Positions 19,213-28,468 of a DNA stretch of 64,000 bases are shown in pieces; position 1 is the stretch's first letter, and each line of letters opens with the position of its first letter. The DNA is taken from positions 1 through 64,000 of the forward strand of contig CAWCKJ010000003.1 of NCBI GenBank assembly GCA_963796105.1, written 5' to 3'. Source of the DNA: a candidate division FCPU426 bacterium (GTDB lineage Bacteria > Oederibacteriota > Muellerivitia > Muellerivitales > Muellerivitaceae). Under the pieces are notes generated by a model. The model did no database searches and was not told the origin of the DNA. It was given only the letters and a program-made list of their open reading frames with translations. Made by a program: the position numbers and the translations under genes.

Positions 19213-19246
19213 TCCTACATTGTAGGACATCATGAGAAATAGTCAA
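19213..19246 (-). promoter_or_regulatory. higBA promoter/operator
   Basis: Palindrome TCCTACA-T-TGTAGGA (19213-19227). TTGACT on the minus strand at 19246-19241. Confidence 0.6.
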
Positions 19247-19453
19247 GATTCATTCAAAACAGACGGAAAAGATTGTTCACAAAGGGTCCCCATCATGGAC
19301 AAGCCTATTAATTCAAAATTCATAAATGTTGTACATCCATATCAGGGAGGGGCAAGCATTTTTTTCATTTTTTGTGCGGGATCGACGTAAACAATTTTTT
19401 TACCACGGATAACGGCTTATAGTTTAAGGCTTTCTCAAACTTATCGGCGTTTA

Positions 19454-19608
19454 TGCCAGCCTTCCATAAAAATAAAATGTGGCTGGTATAGTACCAATCT
19501 CGAAATATTTTTATGTTAGATTGGCAAATGCCACTTCACTATTGAAAGAATTTCAAGTGAAAGTGGTATTGTTCCACAATCCATTAACTCCTTTATGGAG
19601 ATGTGGGA
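19454..19608. repeat. Two tandem double-hairpin elements (73 and 80 bp)
   Basis: Four consecutive 35-40 nt stem-loops. Same layout as 21887-21961. Confidence 0.7.
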
Positions 19609-19778
19609 CATCGGATTTGATCGGCGGTTCCATATCTTTTGCTTTTGCTTGTTAAAGGGATACTTACTTATTTTTAATCAAGGCGCTTCGGTGTGGGGCT
19701 GAAATAATTCGGTTCTGGTGGTTGGAATCTTTCCGATGTGCTTCCTATAATGACCACTTCGCGAAGCAATAAAATCGA

Positions 19779-20774
19779 ATGAAAGTTATCAAACCCATGC
19801 CCATTATTGAAGTGAAGGATCTTTCGAAAATCTACAGGACCCAGAAGCGCCTGCCAGGCCTGGGGGGCGCCTTCAAGGGGCTTTTTAACCGCAAATTCAC
19901 CGAGGTGAGGGCGGTGGACGGGGTGAGTTTCTCCATCGCTGAGGGGGAACTGGTGGGTTTTTTAGGCCCTAATGGGGCTGGAAAGACCACGACGCTCAAG
20001 ATGCTCTCCGGAATCCTTTTTCCGACTTCAGGGGAAGCCCGAGTGCTGGATTTCATTCCCTCGGAGCGCAAGAACGAATACCGGCGGCAGTTCGCCCTGG
20101 TGATGGGCCAGAAAAACCAGCTTTGGTGGGACTTGCCGGCGCAGGAATCCCTGTTCTTGAACAAGGAAATCTACGGCGTCGAGGACGATGACTATAAGAA
20201 GGTCTTGGACGAGATGACCGAACTGCTCCAGGTGAAGAAGCTCCTGGGAATCATGGTCCGCGAGCTCTCCCTCGGGGAGCGCATGAAGTTCGAGTTGATC
20301 GCGTCCCTCCTGCACCGCCCCCGGGTCCTGTTCCTGGATGAGCCCACCATCGGGTTGGATGTGGTGGCGCAAAAGAATATCCGTGAGTTTATTCGGGACT
20401 ATAACCGCCGGACCAAGACCACGATCCTCCTGACCAGCCATTACATGAACGATATCCAGGCCCTTTGCGACCGGGTGATCGTCATCAACCACGGGAAAAA
20501 GATATTCGACGGCAGGTTGGACGACGTCGTGGAGCAGTTTTCCCAATCCAAGCTTATCTCCGTGACCTTCAAGGACGGCGGTGTGTCCGCGGAGCAATTG
20601 GCCCCACTGGGAACAATCCTGGAACATACGCGCCATAAGGCTGTCCTGAAGGTGTTGAGGGACCAGGTAAAACACGCCTCCAATGAGATCCTGAACCGGT
20701 TCGACGTGGATGACATCAACATCGAGGAAGTGCCAATAGAGGAAGTGATTGAGAAGGTGTTCAAAGGCGGATAA
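19779..20774 (+). CDS. ABC exporter ATP-binding subunit
   Basis: GPNGAGKTT, LSLGERM and LFLDEPT motifs. Confidence 0.95.
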   Translation: MKVIKPMPIIEVKDLSKIYRTQKRLPGLGGAFKGLFNRKFTEVRAVDGVSFSIAEGELVGFLGPNGAGKTTTLKMLSGILFPTSGEARVLDFIPSERKNEYRRQFALVMGQKNQLWWDLPAQESLFLNKEIYGVEDDDYKKVLDEMTELLQVKKLLGIMVRELSLGERMKFELIASLLHRPRVLFLDEPTIGLDVVAQKNIREFIRDYNRRTKTTILLTSHYMNDIQALCDRVIVINHGKKIFDGRLDDVVEQFSQSKLISVTFKDGGVSAEQLAPLGTILEHTRHKAVLKVLRDQVKHASNEILNRFDVDDINIEEVPIEEVIEKVFKGG

Positions 20775-20794
20775 TTCATAATGAAGAATGGAAA

Positions 20795-21649
20795 ATGAAT
20801 AATTCAGGAACAAACACAGCGCCCAAGTCGGTCATGCACAAGTACTGGGTGATTCTTTCCACCCGCACCCAGGAGGACATGGTTTACCGGGCCAATTACA
20901 TATTCGGGGCCGTCTTCCGCTTTCTCCCGCTGTTAACGACCTTGTTCCTCTGGTACGCCATCTACCAGTCCCGTAAGTTGGGAGGGGCCCCTTCCAATAT
21001 CCGGGGCATGAGCTACGAGGACATGGTGGCCTATTACGCCTTCATGTATATCGCCCGGGGATTTTCCAGCATGCCGGGCATGAGCCGCGACATCAATCTG
21101 GACATCAAGGACGGCCTGCTGAACCGATATCTGATCCGCCCCATGAGCTACCTTGGTTACCAGATCATGTACCGACTGGCCCACAAGGTGGTTTTCTGGT
21201 ACGTGGCGCTTTTCACGTTTCCTCCCATCTTTTTCCTGATGCGGCATTACTTCAGCCACATTCCCACTCTCCTGGAATGGGCGGCTTTCGTGGTTTCCCT
21301 CGTCATTTGCTTTTGGATCGGCATGTTTTTCAACTTCCTGATCGGCACGCTGGCTTTCTGGTTCCTGGAGATTTCCACCTTTCTTTTCGTCGTGATGACC
21401 ATCGAGTTCTTCCTATCCGGCCACTTGATTCCCCTGAATCTCATGCCCCTATCGCTCCAGCCTTTGCTCAATTATTCGCCCTTTGGTTACGAGGGTTATT
21501 GGCCCTGCATGATCCTTCTGGGCAAGGTTCCGGCCGGCCAACTGCCCCAATTGCTCGGGGTTGGTTTCATGTGGGTGGGGCTTTTCTTCCTCTTCTGCCA
21601 GATGACCTGGCGGGCGGGAATGAAACGCTATTCGGCGGTCGGGGGATAG
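20795..21649 (+). CDS. ABC-2-type permease (DUF990-like)
   Basis: About six TM helices. DIKDGLLNRYLIRP, FLSGHLIPL, YSAVGG end. Confidence 0.88.
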   Translation: MNNSGTNTAPKSVMHKYWVILSTRTQEDMVYRANYIFGAVFRFLPLLTTLFLWYAIYQSRKLGGAPSNIRGMSYEDMVAYYAFMYIARGFSSMPGMSRDINLDIKDGLLNRYLIRPMSYLGYQIMYRLAHKVVFWYVALFTFPPIFFLMRHYFSHIPTLLEWAAFVVSLVICFWIGMFFNFLIGTLAFWFLEISTFLFVVMTIEFFLSGHLIPLNLMPLSLQPLLNYSPFGYEGYWPCMILLGKVPAGQLPQLLGVGFMWVGLFFLFCQMTWRAGMKRYSAVGG

Positions 21650-21655
21650 AAAAAC

Positions 21656-22050
21656 AATTTTGAATTATGAATGAACTGCTAAGGCAAACCCTTCTTAGCC
21701 ACAGATGCAGGGGATGCATGACATTCCAAAAAACCAGGAATGAATTATGAATTCTAAATTTTGAATTATGAATGAACGACTAAGGCAAACTCTTCTTAGC
21801 CACAGATGCAGGGGATACATTTAGATCACTGAAGAAAAGAGGCTTTAAATATTTATGTGTTTATTAAATCCCATGAATCCCATGCATGCCGACTTTCCAA
21901 TAAGTAATTAAGAGGGTCGGTATCGTACCAATCTTCATATAAGCTTTATGGAAGATTGGCACATCCGTGGCTAGGTTTATTTGGGACAGGCGTGATGTTA
22001 AATTTTTAATTTTAAGTAAATCCCATGAATCCCATGCATCTGTGGCAAAA
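21656..22050. repeat. Repeat-rich intergenic spacer with REP-like arms
   Basis: About 62-bp unit duplicated at 21656 and 21758 ending GCCACAGATGCAGGGGAT. Inverse arms ATCCCATGAATCCCATGCATC(T/C)GTGGC near 21868 (interrupted) and 22020. Confidence 0.8.
21887..21961. mobile_element. 75-bp double-hairpin miniature insertion
   Basis: Ends TGCCGACTTTCC / GGAAGATTGGCA, flanked by CA on both sides. Splits a repeat arm that is intact at about 22018-22047. Confidence 0.65.
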
Positions 22051-22108
22051 GTCTATTTTGGACATGTGTGATTTTGAATTATAAATTTATAAATAAAGGA
22101 AACATGGC

Positions 22109-22906
22109 GTGAAGACACTGCAGCGTTATTTAAAACTTACCATGCTGATGATGAAGAACTGCCTGGTTCGGGAAATGCAGTTCAAGGTGAACTTCCTGGT
22201 CCGGCTCCTGACCGAGGTCCTTTGGATCGGCATGCAGATCATCTATATAGAAGTCATGTATTCCCAGACCGCCAATATCGGTGGATGGAACAAGTGGGAT
22301 ATGGTGGTTCTACTGGGAACCAACAACATTATCACCCAGCTTTTCGAGGCCTTCTTTTACGACAACTGCATGCGCCTGACCGACCAGATCCGCCAGGGGG
22401 ATCTGGATTTCAATTTGATCAAACCCATCAACACCCAGTTCCTGGTGTCCCTTCGTTACACCGATTACGCCTCCATCAGCACGAGCCTGGTTGGCTTCGC
22501 CATGATCGCCTTTGCCTTGGCCCAGGGAGGAACCGTGGTGGGATTCGGGGAAGTGCTTCTTTTCGGCGCGCTGGTAGTCAACAGCATCCTCATCTACTAC
22601 ACCATGCTCTTTACCCTCTCGGTCTGGACCTTCTGGATTGGGCGATCCAGCAACCTCCTGGAGCTTTATTGGCAGTTCGGACAATTTTCCCGCTATCCCG
22701 GCGAAATTTATCCCTGGCTTTTGCGGCGGGTTCTCTTAACCATCATTCCCATGCTCATCGTTTCCAACTTTCCGGCGGGTGTCTTGATCAACAAACTCAA
22801 GGGAGGATGGATCGTCTATGGCTTCGCGCTGGGCCTGGCTTTCTTCGCCTTCACGACCTGGATATGGAAAAAAGGGTTGAAACGCTACAGGAGCGCGTCG
22901 TCCTAG
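22109..22906 (+). CDS. ABC-2-type permease (DUF990-like)
   Basis: IRQGDLDFNLIKP, FSRYPGEIY, YRSASS end. GTG start. Confidence 0.88.
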   Translation: MKTLQRYLKLTMLMMKNCLVREMQFKVNFLVRLLTEVLWIGMQIIYIEVMYSQTANIGGWNKWDMVVLLGTNNIITQLFEAFFYDNCMRLTDQIRQGDLDFNLIKPINTQFLVSLRYTDYASISTSLVGFAMIAFALAQGGTVVGFGEVLLFGALVVNSILIYYTMLFTLSVWTFWIGRSSNLLELYWQFGQFSRYPGEIYPWLLRRVLLTIIPMLIVSNFPAGVLINKLKGGWIVYGFALGLAFFAFTTWIWKKGLKRYRSASS

Positions 22907-22996
22907 GAAGCAATTTTAAATTTTGAATTTTAAATTCTTAATTATTAAGCATTGAAAAGGGAAAAAGCACTTTTGATTAATTCAATTCAAAATTTA

Positions 22997-23984
22997 AATG
23001 CCTCTCCAAACGGTACCTGTTGAAATAAAGGAATACAGGAGTATACTCATTGTTGGAGGGGCAAATTATGAACTACCAACGGATGAAGGGGATTGAGATT
23101 TTCAAGGAAATCGATACAGAAGAAAAGGCACGTCAATGGGTGTGGAAGAGCCGTTTTGCCGGAAAAGACTTTGTTTGCCCACAATGTGAAGGAGAAAGTT
23201 TCTGGCAACACAAAAACCGCCCCGAAGTGCGGGAATGTGACTATTGTCGAAAGCAAATACGGCTTCGAGCCGGAACGATCTTCCGGAAATCCAAGATCCC
23301 AATCTTAACCTGGTTGAGGATGATTGGATTGGTGATGCAAGGGAAAAGGGGCATTTCAGCCCTGGAACTTCAGCGGCAATTGGGAATGCCCTCCTACGAT
23401 ACCGTTTGGAGGATGTTGCATAAGATTCGGGAAAGTCTTCGACAAAGGGATGAAAATTACCAACTCAAGGAAATCATTGAGTTGGATGGGGCTGTATTCG
23501 GCAAGAGAGAAAAGGAAAACCAGGCTGAAGTGCTGGTGGCGGTTGAAAGCAAAGAATGGATAGATGAGAAAGGGCGCAAAAAAGAGAAAGCGGGTTTTGC
23601 AAAGATAAAGGTGACCGCAGAAACCAAGTGGGAAGCCCAAGCATTCGTCGATCAAGCAATCCAGAAAGGCGCCATGATAAACACGGATGCCAGTCCCAGC
23701 TTGAGAAACTTGGAAAACGTGGATGTGGAGTACCAGGTAACAGCCAATGACCCAGTGGTGTTAAATCACTGGTTACCTTGGGTCCACCGATTCATTTCCA
23801 ACGCCAAGGCTTGGATCCTAGGAACCCATCATGGAGTCAACGTGAAATATCTGCCTGGATACTTGAGCGAATATACTTATCGGTTCAATCGTCGCCATGA
23901 CCCAGATTCCTTATTTCACCGGGCCTTAACCGCTTGCGCTTTGGCAAAACCCATTACTGCGCAAGCGTTGTTCGGATAGGCATG
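22997..23984 (+). mobile_element. IS1595-family insertion sequence
   Basis: Inverted repeats ATGCCTCTCCAAAC / ATGCCTATCCGAAC. Direct repeat AAAATTTA at 22989-22996 and 23985-23992. Confidence 0.9.
23068..23979 (+). CDS. IS1595-family transposase
   Basis: Zn ribbon CPQC..CDYC, ELDG, TDAS and GTHHGV..YLSEYTYRFNRR motifs. ATG after GGAGG. Confidence 0.94.
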   Translation: MNYQRMKGIEIFKEIDTEEKARQWVWKSRFAGKDFVCPQCEGESFWQHKNRPEVRECDYCRKQIRLRAGTIFRKSKIPILTWLRMIGLVMQGKRGISALELQRQLGMPSYDTVWRMLHKIRESLRQRDENYQLKEIIELDGAVFGKREKENQAEVLVAVESKEWIDEKGRKKEKAGFAKIKVTAETKWEAQAFVDQAIQKGAMINTDASPSLRNLENVDVEYQVTANDPVVLNHWLPWVHRFISNAKAWILGTHHGVNVKYLPGYLSEYTYRFNRRHDPDSLFHRALTACALAKPITAQALFG

Positions 23985-24052
23985 AAAATTTAAAACTCAA
24001 AATTCAAAATTCGCGAAAACTCTTTGCCGTTGATAGTTTTCGCGTTTAGAAT

Positions 24053-26302
24053 GTGGCCATGACCGAACCCCAAACCAAGGAAGTCAAGGTCCTTTACCGC
24101 CGATCCACGGCTCTTTGGTTGACCTTAGGGGTCATCCTTTTTCTTTCCCTCTGCAATGCCCTCAACCTTTCCTTTTTCCAGGCTATCGAGAACAAATCCA
24201 TCGATTTTCGCTTCGGCGTCCGGGGTTTTCGCAAGCCCCAAGCCCCGGTGCGAATCCTGGCTGTGGACGAGAAGAGCCTGAGGGAAGTGGGCCAATGGCC
24301 CTGGCCCAGGGCTTTCCAGGCCCAGCTGGTGCGGAAGTTGAAGGCCTACGGCGTGAAATGTGTTTTTTATGACGTGTTTTTCCCGGAGCCGGAACGAACC
24401 CAGGAAAAGTTGATCGGCCAGCTGAAATCTCTCCTGGATTCCGCGATGCCGGGGGACTCGGCGCAATCCCAAAAGAGCCGGGAGAAAATACTCGCTGACC
24501 TCCACCGCCTTGCTGAAAACCAGAATGGGGACTTGGATTTCGCGAAGGCCATCAAGGAAGCCGGCAATGTGTTCCTCCCAATCGAGCCCTTTATCAACGG
24601 CAAGGAGGGGAGAAGCCCCAACCCGGAATCCCTGCACATGACAGGGGCCGAGTTGTTCGGCGGTTTCACCCAGGATTTCATTACGGCCCAATCCCTCCTT
24701 CTTTCCATCCCGGGGCTTCAAAACAACGTCCGGGATTCGGGGCATATACGCTATTTCCCCTACTCGGACGGCATCTACCGTTATTTCCCCACGGCAATCA
24801 CCTATAAGGAGAAATTGATCCCCCACATCTCCCTACAGGTGGCCCGCTACCTGTTGGATGATCCAAGCCCTATTAAAATTCATTCCGGGGAATACGCTGA
24901 GGTGGCTGGGAGAAAAATCCCAATCACGCAGGATGGGTTCGCTCTGATCAACTATTGCGGGAAGCAGGGAACCATTCCCACATACTCGGCCAGCGACGCC
25001 CTTTTCGGCAGACTCGACCCGGCTGATTTGAAAGGCACCGCTGTCATGATCGGGGTCACTGCCACGGGTTTATTCGACCTGAGGCCCACTCCTTTTTCCA
25101 GGGCTTTTCCCGGCGTGGAAATCAACGCCAACATCCTGGAAAACGTCTATTCCGGCAGTTTCCTCCGGCTTCTTCCCGATTATTGGACTTATCTGCTGAT
25201 CCTGGTATTGGGGTTGTTGATTTGGTATTTGGTCCCGAGGCTTACGCCCATGCAGGGAACCGCGGGATTTATTTTTCTTTTGGCGGCGTACATCACGGCT
25301 GCCTGCCTCTGTTTTAACTACATGTTTGATGTGATTAACCTGATTTATCCGCTTACTTCCCTGACTTTAACCTTTTTAACTCTTACTACCTACAAGTTCC
25401 GAACCGAGGTCAAGTACAGCCGCTATCTCAAGCAGACCTTCCAAAGCATGGTGACGCCGAAAGTCGTCGAGGAAATCCTGAGGCTTCCCGCCGGGATCGA
25501 GCTGGGAGGCGAGGAAAAGGACCTCACGGTCATGTTCGCCGACATCCGGGGTTTTACCACCTATTCGGAGAAGCACCAGCCGTCCGAGGTTGTGGCATTG
25601 CTCAACGAGTACTTGACCCAAATGACTTACCTGATCTTCCAGACCGAGGGGACATTGGACAAGTACATCGGAGACGCCGTCATGGCTTTTTGGGGAGCTC
25701 CTACCCCCCAAAAGGACCACGCATACCGCGCTTGCAGCACGGCTTTGGGAATGGTGGACTTGCTTAAAAACCTCCTTCATCCCAAGTGGGAATTGGAGGG
25801 GAAGGAAAAACTACAGATCGGCATCGGGTTGAATACCGGCAACATGGTGGTAGGGTTCGTGGGCTCGGAGTCCATCAAGAACTATACCCTGATCGGGGAC
25901 GCGGTGAACCTGGGGAGCCGACTGGAAGGGGCCACCAAGGAGTACGGGGTCGAGATCATCATCGGGGAGCCGACCTACCAGCAGGTCAAGGCCGACATGC
26001 TTTGCCGTGAGCTGGATCTCTTGAGAGTGAAGGGCAAGACCCAGCCCATAAGGATTTACGAGCTGATGGACCACCGCCTCAAGGCCGCTGGCATGAGAGA
26101 GATGAAGGCGAAGGTTTTCGAGGAGGGGCTGGGCCTCTACCGAGCCCGGAAATGGAAAGAGGCGTCCAACTGTTTCCAGAACTGCCTGAGCCTGGACGGC
26201 AAGGATTCCCCCGCCAGGATTTTCCTGGAACGGTGCAAAATCCTGGAAAAGGAACCGTTGCCGGCGGACTGGGACGGTGTTTTCGTCATGAAAACAAAAT
26301 AA
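24053..26302 (+). CDS. CHASE2-domain class III adenylate/guanylate cyclase with TPR-like tail
   Basis: GQWPWPR and FPGVEINA (CHASE2), three TM helices, FADIRGFT, DKYIGDAVMAFW, GDAVNLGSRLE, WDGVF end. Confidence 0.93.
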   Translation: MAMTEPQTKEVKVLYRRSTALWLTLGVILFLSLCNALNLSFFQAIENKSIDFRFGVRGFRKPQAPVRILAVDEKSLREVGQWPWPRAFQAQLVRKLKAYGVKCVFYDVFFPEPERTQEKLIGQLKSLLDSAMPGDSAQSQKSREKILADLHRLAENQNGDLDFAKAIKEAGNVFLPIEPFINGKEGRSPNPESLHMTGAELFGGFTQDFITAQSLLLSIPGLQNNVRDSGHIRYFPYSDGIYRYFPTAITYKEKLIPHISLQVARYLLDDPSPIKIHSGEYAEVAGRKIPITQDGFALINYCGKQGTIPTYSASDALFGRLDPADLKGTAVMIGVTATGLFDLRPTPFSRAFPGVEINANILENVYSGSFLRLLPDYWTYLLILVLGLLIWYLVPRLTPMQGTAGFIFLLAAYITAACLCFNYMFDVINLIYPLTSLTLTFLTLTTYKFRTEVKYSRYLKQTFQSMVTPKVVEEILRLPAGIELGGEEKDLTVMFADIRGFTTYSEKHQPSEVVALLNEYLTQMTYLIFQTEGTLDKYIGDAVMAFWGAPTPQKDHAYRACSTALGMVDLLKNLLHPKWELEGKEKLQIGIGLNTGNMVVGFVGSESIKNYTLIGDAVNLGSRLEGATKEYGVEIIIGEPTYQQVKADMLCRELDLLRVKGKTQPIRIYELMDHRLKAAGMREMKAKVFEEGLGLYRARKWKEASNCFQNCLSLDGKDSPARIFLERCKILEKEPLPADWDGVFVMKTK

Positions 26303-26488
26303 AGAGACGAAAATTTCACCACGGGTTTCTTCGAAACCACGAAGACACAGTTTAACTTCGACGAATACCAGATAATGTAAATTCTTACAATCGGTACAAT
26401 CTGCGGCTAGATTTAAATTGGCAAGATTGTTACTTGATTTCTGGGCGCATTCAGTTAAAAATACCCGACACTTGAAGAAGGGATTTAC

Positions 26489-27280
26489 ATGAGAAGAATA
26501 ACTATATGGCTCCTGCTGGCTTTCTTGGTTCCTGCTTTTAACACTGCATATTCCGCGACAACACCGGCTTCCGCGGTGAACCAGGCGGTTTTTACATCCG
26601 TCAAGGGAAAGGTCCAGGTCCGCAAGAAGGCGGGACAAAAGCCCCGGACAGTCCAGAAAGATTCCACGGCCTTGGAAGGCGAAACCATCCTGACCGGGCC
26701 TGATTCGAGGGCGGCCCTCCGTTTAGTGGATGGTTCCGAACTGAAAGTGGACCCTAAGACCACCTTTCGATTGACGAAATTACAGACTCCCACCCTGAAG
26801 GACAAGATATTCCGATTCAAACTATTGGTCGGCAAGCTCTTCGCAAAGGTCAAGAAATTGGCTTCCTCCAAATCCTCCTTCGAGATCGAGGCTGGCGGGG
26901 TAGTTTGCGGCGTCAGGGGCACTGAGTACTCAATGTTTTACGATCCCAACACCGGGAAAGTGGATGTGCTGGTTTTGGACGGGACCGTCTGGGCCGCTTC
27001 AGGGGGCCAGACGCAGGTTTTCGGTCCGGGCCAGGGTGGAACTTTCCTGAACGGTGGGTGGGAACTCTTGAATCCCCCTTCGGGATCCTCCGCCCAGGGT
27101 TTTAACGGCTTCGATCCTTTCTATGGGTTTAACGGAAACGCCACGGATGATTTCGGCACGGTTCTGACGGATCTTTCGGGAGGAGTGGGGGATGTGACTG
27201 GCCGGGTCAGCGATGACGGTATCGCGGGATTGGGTTCTCACACCTTGGTCTTGCAGTTGGGCTTTCCGCAATATCCCTAA
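26489..27280 (+). CDS. Exported FecR-domain protein
   Basis: Signal peptide. ILTGPDSRAALRLVDGS, GVRGTEY and VLVLDGTV motifs. Confidence 0.85.
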   Translation: MRRITIWLLLAFLVPAFNTAYSATTPASAVNQAVFTSVKGKVQVRKKAGQKPRTVQKDSTALEGETILTGPDSRAALRLVDGSELKVDPKTTFRLTKLQTPTLKDKIFRFKLLVGKLFAKVKKLASSKSSFEIEAGGVVCGVRGTEYSMFYDPNTGKVDVLVLDGTVWAASGGQTQVFGPGQGGTFLNGGWELLNPPSGSSAQGFNGFDPFYGFNGNATDDFGTVLTDLSGGVGDVTGRVSDDGIAGLGSHTLVLQLGFPQYP

Positions 27281-27304
27281 ATATCAAAGTGAGGAAATAT
27301 TGAC

Positions 27305-28468
27305 ATGGTTCTTAAGTTAGTAAAAATCCTATCTATTATCTCTTCTCTACTGCTCTTAACCCTGGGTTCCACCAGGGCCGACCAGCAGGATTTCGAGTTC
27401 GGCTATGTTTTCAACGGTTGGGACAGCAATTCGCTATTTCACGGATCGGAGCACAGGATTCCCCTGACTTACAATTATATTACCCCCGATTTCTCCCTGA
27501 AGTTGAACACGGCGTTCGTTTCAGGGGATTACCAGGAAGACGCGGCGCCGGCCCAGGGTATTGCGGCTTACGATTATAATTCGAGCCAGTTCTCCGATAC
27601 GACTTTAGGAATCAACTGGGGCCTGGATATGGGAAATTCCGTGAAGTCCACCTTCGTCGGGACCCTGAACATTCCTACCGGCGATTCGAGATGGGAAATT
27701 GCCCAAGAGCCTGGCTCCATTCCTTATATTTTCGAGCCGACCTATTACCATGGCCGTGGCTGGGGTGGGGACCTTTTTTATACTTTGACCGCTTCCGATC
27801 CCGGGGCCGCCTACGGCTTGGGAATTGGCTATATGTCCACCAGCACCTATGATACGGGCCTTTCCGCCGAGAATACCTTCAGCCCTGGGGACACGGTCGT
27901 GGCCCTGGGAACCGTCGGGTTCAAGATGTCACCTTCGGATACCTGGGGATTCCGTTTGGCCCAAACCTTTCCTATCGAGTCCACATACGCCGATCCGGCG
28001 GATGACTTTACAGTGGGTGAGTGCACGATTCTTACCACCCGATGGACCAGCAATATGGGGAAGGATAAACTGGTTATCAACCTCTCCTATAGCTTCTACG
28101 GAACTCCCTCTTCAGCGAGTCCCAACCCGCCATATTCCCTGACGCAGGATCCGGGCATCTATTTCGGGGACAGGTTGGAACTCCATCCCATCCTGGGCTA
28201 TTGGGCTGGGAAAGACACGATGATGGAGTCGGGGTTGGTTTGGGATTGGATCATGCCGAACGGCTATTCCTTCGGCGACACCTCCTTTGAGGGGGGCGGC
28301 AACCTTTTGGGGGCGGAGCAAAGCATCACCTTCCAGCTCGATCCAAGCACTTTCTGGAGCTTCGCGGGCCTTTACCACTTCATCTCCAATGACAAGGCTG
28401 GCATTGGACAAACGACGATCAATTACGAACGGTACACTTTGGGAACGAATGTGGGGTTCAAATGGTGA
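27305..28468 (+). CDS. Putative outer-membrane beta-barrel
   Basis: Signal peptide, alternating aromatic strands, LNIPTG, C-terminal GTNVGFKW. Confidence 0.65.
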   Translation: MVLKLVKILSIISSLLLLTLGSTRADQQDFEFGYVFNGWDSNSLFHGSEHRIPLTYNYITPDFSLKLNTAFVSGDYQEDAAPAQGIAAYDYNSSQFSDTTLGINWGLDMGNSVKSTFVGTLNIPTGDSRWEIAQEPGSIPYIFEPTYYHGRGWGGDLFYTLTASDPGAAYGLGIGYMSTSTYDTGLSAENTFSPGDTVVALGTVGFKMSPSDTWGFRLAQTFPIESTYADPADDFTVGECTILTTRWTSNMGKDKLVINLSYSFYGTPSSASPNPPYSLTQDPGIYFGDRLELHPILGYWAGKDTMMESGLVWDWIMPNGYSFGDTSFEGGGNLLGAEQSITFQLDPSTFWSFAGLYHFISNDKAGIGQTTINYERYTLGTNVGFKW

